Of a DNA stretch of 20,000 nucleotides, positions 15,658-20,000 are shown piece after piece. Origin of the DNA: an uncultured virus (IMG/VR IMGVR_UViG_3300035698_017129) (Duplodnaviria > Heunggongvirae > Uroviricota > Caudoviricetes); IMG/VR virus record IMGVR_UViG_3300035698_017129, one strand, 5' to 3'. Within the stretch, counting starts at the first letter, position 1. Every line of letters starts with the position of its first letter. The notes under the pieces are model-generated. The model was not told the origin of the DNA, searched no databases, and was given only the letters and a program-made list of their open reading frames with translations. Position numbers and translations under genes: made by a program.

Positions 15658-18257
15658 TGAGAGCCGACTACCAACTCCGTCACCAGCTTTACGGCCAGCA
15701 AGGCTCCCTGTGGGAGCGGCAGGTCGATGACACCACGCGCACACGTATCCGCAGCATCGTCAAGGAGGCCGGCAACGCGCCCACTCTGACGGGACTGGAC
15801 CAGGCTGCAGCCGGCGCTATCAACTCTGATAGCGTCCTCGTGGAGGATGTTACCTTCAGCTTCACGGACGGTAACTTTGCTGTCGTGGGACAGCACCAAC
15901 GTGATTACAGCTTTCGCGCAGGGACTACGAGCAGCGGCTTACGCCTACATGTCGCCTACAGAGGGGCCTCTGCGGCCACTGATACAGATCCTCTTCCAAC
16001 GCAGATAGCACGGGTCACGGCTGACTTCCTTCGCCGCGTCGACGCTGATGCTGGGAATCTCTCAGCGGACCGCGACTGGTATCTCGTTCCGATCCCCCGC
16101 GGCTTAACTCCGCTGGCGATCACCGGACGCGAAGCTGATGTTTACCTCGTCAACGGGATCGACTTCACCGCCTATGACGGTTACATCGCGATGACTGACA
16201 ATCCTGGCAGGGTTCTGCCGCTGGGGTTGGTTCGCGTAAACTCCGCCCTCCAGAGTGTTTCCTCGCCGAACTCTTTCGTGCTATCGGCGCACGCAGACCG
16301 TAGCGGAAGCCGCTACCTCTCCGAGTATGCTTACAAGACCCAGGCCCTCGCCACGTTCCAGAGAGCTGCGGCGGAATACGCCGGCCTCTACGTTACCCAG
16401 GAGGCTGACGTCGTTCTGGCTGCCCGGGAAACTGGCGTCGGGATTTGGGTCTACAGCCTGGCTTTCGCCGGTGCGATCGAGATCAGCTACCCGCATACGC
16501 CGCTGGCCGCGCATCAGCAGTTACCTCCTGGCTTCATCATCAGCGGCAGGTTCGACGTGGTCGCCTCGCGCTACAACGACACCGTGAATCTCAAGAAGAC
16601 CGTCGCAGCCAGTTGGACTGGGGGCATACGCCTGGATGGTATTCTTCCTGTGAACGGGTTGACCTGGGACGGTCAGGGGCCGGTCTCGATCGACTCGGTC
16701 GCGAATGGACCTGCAGGTCAGGGAGGTAAGCCGCACATCAGACTGCATTTTACAGGGGACGCAGCCGTCCTGGATCGCTTCTGGGAGTTCCAACGGCTTC
16801 ACGAGGTGCAGACGAACGAATATCTCTACGACGCGCTGAGCAGTCCCTCCATGCCCGGAACGGTAGATTTCTGGGACTTGCTCGAGGACTTCTACGGGAT
16901 CCAGCTGTTCCTGGTGCTGATGGATTACCACACGCCTGCGATCAGCTCTCGCATGCGGCACTTCCTCGTTGAGCACCGCCCTCAGTCGTGCAGTATGATG
17001 TTCAGCATCAATGTCGGCGTGCCTGAGGTGGCCCTCGCCCTCGATAACCAAGGCGTCCCGTTGCTGACTGAGCATGGGGACTACGTCCTCGCCGACGGGT
17101 ATTCATCGCCAAGCGGGCCTTATCCGTCCTCAGGTGGCGCCTTGCTTGTGCAAGTCACACTCGTGGTCGATCACACTGCAGGCGTGTTTGACAACGCCGA
17201 AGCCAACATCTGGAACAACTCTGGAGCGGGTGACCTTACAACCGCCTTCTTCAACATCACAGACCTGTCGGCGGACATGGAGGCCAACTACCCTGGCCTC
17301 ATCTACGACTACGACGTCGCTACGTCCGCCAGCGCTATCACGGTCAGGATCGACGTAAGCGTAGCCGGCGACATCCCAGGGTTCACGTTCGACGCAGGGG
17401 ATAACACCCTCGTCCTGTATCCGTTGTATGAGGTCACGATGACGGCCGCAACCAACAACTACGGGGGATTCTTCCTCGGTCTCGCTTATTCGTGGAACAA
17501 CTCTGGAGTCGGCGACTTCGCGCCACTGTTTTACGACTCCGTCAACATGACCGCGCAAGCCAACGGAGATTACCCGGGCCTTGTTTATGACGTGAACATT
17601 GTTTACTCCAGCCTACCGGACCTCACCATCTTCCTCTCGAAGACTGTCGCCGACGCCATCCCAGGCTACGCCCCAGCCGGCAATACGCTCGTGGGCGTGC
17701 CTTCTATGGTGATTACACTGACGGTGGACCATACGGCCGGCGTGTTTAACGACACCCGCTCCTGGGTCAACACTGGGTGCGGGGTAATCGGCAGCTGCGC
17801 CAACAACGTGACTGATCTTCAGGCGCAGACTAACGCGACCTTCCCGGGTCTCATTACATCTATCAACACAGGCGCGTCCGCCAGTTACATCCTGGTAACA
17901 CTCGACACTGCAGCGCTCTTCGCTTGCACGGACTACGACCCTGACGGCAACTCGATGGCGTTGTGCGCCCCATTCGTGGTTACGGTCACAACCCCGCACG
18001 CCACGACTGGTAACGGCACCTTCGCAAACGGTGATTACTACAACCTGGAGAACCTGGCAGACCAGTGCGAGGATAACGTGGTGGGGGTTGTCAACACGAC
18101 CAACACCAATCACCCGGGCCTTGTGTTGTCCAGTGACTACGCAACATCTACCGCGTGGTACACGCTGACTCTCGACCCTGCCATCATAGCGGCTAACAGC
18201 CTGAACGTTTCGGCAACGATGCCAGCAGTCTACTGCTACGGTTCTGGAGGACCTTAA
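15657..18257 (+). CDS. Putative baseplate wedge protein (gpI/gp7 position) with C-terminal tandem domains
   Basis: 866 aa with a TGATG overlap with the J-like gene. The N-terminal ~450 aa end in FLVEHRPQSC. A Ser/Gly/Pro linker is followed by four ~90-aa repeats. Confidence 0.55.
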   Translation: MRADYQLRHQLYGQQGSLWERQVDDTTRTRIRSIVKEAGNAPTLTGLDQAAAGAINSDSVLVEDVTFSFTDGNFAVVGQHQRDYSFRAGTTSSGLRLHVAYRGASAATDTDPLPTQIARVTADFLRRVDADAGNLSADRDWYLVPIPRGLTPLAITGREADVYLVNGIDFTAYDGYIAMTDNPGRVLPLGLVRVNSALQSVSSPNSFVLSAHADRSGSRYLSEYAYKTQALATFQRAAAEYAGLYVTQEADVVLAARETGVGIWVYSLAFAGAIEISYPHTPLAAHQQLPPGFIISGRFDVVASRYNDTVNLKKTVAASWTGGIRLDGILPVNGLTWDGQGPVSIDSVANGPAGQGGKPHIRLHFTGDAAVLDRFWEFQRLHEVQTNEYLYDALSSPSMPGTVDFWDLLEDFYGIQLFLVLMDYHTPAISSRMRHFLVEHRPQSCSMMFSINVGVPEVALALDNQGVPLLTEHGDYVLADGYSSPSGPYPSSGGALLVQVTLVVDHTAGVFDNAEANIWNNSGAGDLTTAFFNITDLSADMEANYPGLIYDYDVATSASAITVRIDVSVAGDIPGFTFDAGDNTLVLYPLYEVTMTAATNNYGGFFLGLAYSWNNSGVGDFAPLFYDSVNMTAQANGDYPGLVYDVNIVYSSLPDLTIFLSKTVADAIPGYAPAGNTLVGVPSMVITLTVDHTAGVFNDTRSWVNTGCGVIGSCANNVTDLQAQTNATFPGLITSINTGASASYILVTLDTAALFACTDYDPDGNSMALCAPFVVTVTTPHATTGNGTFANGDYYNLENLADQCEDNVVGVVNTTNTNHPGLVLSSDYATSTAWYTLTLDPAIIAANSLNVSATMPAVYCYGSGGP
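17148..18254 (+). repeat. Four degenerate ~90-94-aa intragenic repeats
   Basis: Conserved [YFH]PGL[IV] in all four units. VDHTAGVF in units 1 and 3, WNNSG in units 1 and 2. Exact DNA repeats TGGAACAACTCTGGAG (17211, 17493) and ACCCGGGCCTTGT (17572, 18112). Confidence 0.85.
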
Positions 18258-18274
18258 ATCACAGAAGCTGCGGC

Positions 18275-18303
18275 TTGCCACGTGACGCCTCAGGAGCTAT
18301 CCT
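18275..18303 (+). promoter_or_regulatory. Sigma-70-like promoter TTGCCA-N17-TATCCT
   Basis: 5/6 -35 match, 17-bp spacer and 4/6 -10 match in a 52-bp gap. The ATG at 18310 follows the -10 after 6 nt. Confidence 0.6.
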
Positions 18304-18309
18304 TGATAA

Positions 18310-18699
18310 ATGTTTAAGCTGACACGAGAAGAGACCGATGAAGCTGACGCTATCGCGAACCGCCACCAGTGGCCCGTGAAGTTCACGGCGTTGTATTCTG
18401 CGGACGACTCGGTCGCTAAAATCTTTGTCATGCACCAGGCGCCAGACGGCGACGTGTTCGCCGACAGCCTGTCCTGCATCGCCAGCGCGATCCAAATGAC
18501 TGACCTCCCAGAGGACGCCCCTGTGTCCGGGAGTCCGTTCTACCGGGTGAACGTGGTGACGAAATTGTGTCGCAGCGCGAAAGCTGCTGACGAATTCGTG
18601 GAGAAGGTGGGTTACGCTGTGCAGGACCTGGCAGACAACCTGAGCTCTGCCGCCACTCTATCCGTTACTGAGGAGACAACCATAACACCCGCGACGTAA
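18310..18699 (+). CDS. Hypothetical phage protein
   Basis: 129 aa containing SCIASAIQMTDLPEDAP...PFYR...LCRS. TAATG overlap with the next gene. Confidence 0.6.
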   Translation: MFKLTREETDEADAIANRHQWPVKFTALYSADDSVAKIFVMHQAPDGDVFADSLSCIASAIQMTDLPEDAPVSGSPFYRVNVVTKLCRSAKAADEFVEKVGYAVQDLADNLSSAATLSVTEETTITPAT

Positions 18700-19142
18700 T
18701 GGCATTCCCGAATCCAAACTTCGCCATCCCTGGCCTGATGGAGATCCAAACTCCCAGGGCAGACCTGGACGGTGCTAACGTCATAGAACCGCCGATCGAC
18801 TTGCACGGGTTCTTTGTGTCTGGAACTGTCGGGGTCGGCGACGAGATTCAAGGGGAGTTAGTGCACGACGTCGTGTTCAAGGAGTGGCAAATCGTCAGCA
18901 ACGGCGCTGTCCCCGGAACTGTTGAGCTGGACGTATGGGTCACTACGAACGGTGCGACACCTACGGTTGACGACTCCATCTGCGACGGTCGCTACCCTGC
19001 GATCGTTGTTGAAGGCACTACAGGGGCCGGAACTACGGGCGGGTTCTCCACTACCGGGTTCTCCGAGGGGGATAAATACACCGTCAAAATTCGCGCGATC
19101 ACAGGTATCGTATCCATCTTTTTCTCACTGACTGACAGCTAA
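18699..19142 (+). CDS. Putative tail-fibre-associated beta-domain protein
   Basis: 147 aa. The pattern WQIVS...GTVELDVW...PTVDDSI...P...GFSTTGFSEGD resembles a beta domain recalled from phage fibre proteins. Directly upstream of the fibre gene. Confidence 0.5.
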   Translation: MAFPNPNFAIPGLMEIQTPRADLDGANVIEPPIDLHGFFVSGTVGVGDEIQGELVHDVVFKEWQIVSNGAVPGTVELDVWVTTNGATPTVDDSICDGRYPAIVVEGTTGAGTTGGFSTTGFSEGDKYTVKIRAITGIVSIFFSLTDS

Positions 19143-19143
19143 C

Positions 19144-20000
19144 ATGGGAGCTATTCGCGTATTCAAAAGATTCCAGAGCCTCCTCGACGTTGATTTCTCA
19201 GCGGCGGCGGAAGGCTTTGTCCCGACATATCGCACCGCTTCCGGTAAGTTTGAGATGGGGGCTGGCGGCGGCACCACTAACCACGGACTACTAGTAGGTT
19301 TAGGTGACGACGATCATCCTCATTATCTTAATAACGCAAGGGGCGATGCAAGATACGCAAGCACAGCCCAAGGAGCTAAGGCAGATTCTGCTTTACAGGC
19401 GGGAGACAACATCTCGCAACTTAACAATAATTCAAACTTTACTGGCGATCAGGACTTGTCAGGGCTCCAGCCAAAACCATCAGAAGGTCAGTTTGTCGAT
19501 GGAGACAAGGCGAAGCTCGACGGGGTCTCTGGAACGAACACAGGCGATCAGACGGGAACGGAGATCAAGGCGGCTTATGAGGGCGTGTCGGATACGAATG
19601 CTTTTACGGATGCGGAGAAGGCAAAGCTGGCGACTCTGTTCGGCGGTGTCAATAACCTCGCCGCGACGACGGCCCCGGATGCTGATGATGACGGGGCTGA
19701 TACGGGTGGCAACGGTGCGTTTTCGGTGGGGTCGCTTTGGGTCGATCTGGTGGCGGACGAGACTTATCGCCTTGTGGATGCTTCGACGGGTGCGGCGGTC
19801 TGGCTGAACACGAGTGTGACGGTCGATGACTTGGCTGCGATTGCGATCTCGGGCAATGTGTCGGATCTGGTGGGCACGCTGTTGACGGCACAGATCGGCA
19901 ATAACCAGGTGACGAACGGCAAGCTGGCGGAGATGGCGCAGGCGACGATCAAGGGCCGGGCGTCTGCTACGGGGACTGGCGATGCGGTGGACCTGACGGC
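19144..20000 (+). CDS. Tail fibre-like protein, 3'-truncated (not in the ORF track)
   Basis: ATG 1 nt after the previous stop, open to the window end (at least 285 codons): MGAIRVFKRF...HGLLVGLGDDDHPHYL...STAQGAKADSALQ...DGDKAKLDG...TNTGDQ...EIKAAYE...NAFTDAEKAKL...FSVGSLW...VTNGKLAEMAQATIKGRA...GTGDAVDLT. This is a string of short fibre-shaft-type motifs. Confidence 0.75.
   Translation, partial: MGAIRVFKRFQSLLDVDFSAAAEGFVPTYRTASGKFEMGAGGGTTNHGLLVGLGDDDHPHYLNNARGDARYASTAQGAKADSALQAGDNISQLNNNSNFTGDQDLSGLQPKPSEGQFVDGDKAKLDGVSGTNTGDQTGTEIKAAYEGVSDTNAFTDAEKAKLATLFGGVNNLAATTAPDADDDGADTGGNGAFSVGSLWVDLVADETYRLVDASTGAAVWLNTSVTVDDLAAIAISGNVSDLVGTLLTAQIGNNQVTNGKLAEMAQATIKGRASATGTGDAVDLT

Noticed and set aside
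17148..18254. Possible DGR template/variable repeat pair (AAC-rich repeats at a protein C-terminus)
   Set aside because: The repeats are in-frame and highly diverged, differences are not restricted to adenines, and no reverse transcriptase is in the window.
17613..18281. 222-aa minus-strand ORF
   Set aside because: Antisense to the repeat region of the 866-aa gene, whose repeats are conserved in the + frame.
19304..19807. 167-aa + strand ORF in the track
   Set aside because: Arg-rich off-frame shadow of the real fibre ORF, which starts at 19144 and was omitted from the track because it lacks a stop in the window.
1..20000. TAG stop-codon reassignment (18 complete genes end in 12 TGA and 6 TAA, none in TAG)
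   Set aside because: The standard code already gives near-complete coding density with no TAG-interrupted genes. TAG avoidance is expected given ATGA/TGATG/TAATG coupling.
1..20000. Extracellular contractile injection system or T6SS instead of a phage
   Set aside because: No recognisable AAA+ ATPase, VgrG/PAAR or membrane complex. The frameshifted chaperones, long tape measure, sigma factor and phage-type fibre favour a phage. It is not fully excluded, because no capsid or terminase genes are in the window.
1..20000. CRISPR arrays, tRNA/rRNA genes, intrinsic terminators, IS elements
   Set aside because: No intergenic space exceeds 52 bp, and I saw no regularly spaced repeats, hairpin-plus-U-tract or transposase motifs by eye.

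Overview
A gene-dense, entirely + strand segment that reads as the tail and baseplate morphogenesis region of a large, probably contractile-tailed phage (or prophage). Inferred order: tail assembly chaperone pair (5'-truncated ORF plus a 131-aa ORF, with a T-TTT-TTC slippery site that would fuse them by -1 frameshift), 1000-aa tape-measure-like protein, tube-initiator-like protein, hypothetical protein, baseplate hub-like protein, a 1198-aa Cys-rich repeat protein, a 288-aa protein, three consecutive small CxxC proteins (one membrane-bound, one missed by the ORF track), a divergent sigma-70-family factor, a 98-aa protein, gp25-like wedge, baseplate J-like protein, a wedge protein with four C-terminal ~90-aa repeats, two small proteins, and a mosaic tail fibre that runs off the 3' end (also missed by the track). 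The most unusual features are the CxxC trio and sigma factor sitting inside the baseplate module next to a ~30-Cys protein, and a 17-bp-spaced sigma-70-like promoter placed for leaderless or near-leaderless transcription in each of the only three real intergenic gaps. All functional calls come from motif recognition by eye and gene order; no database search was run.
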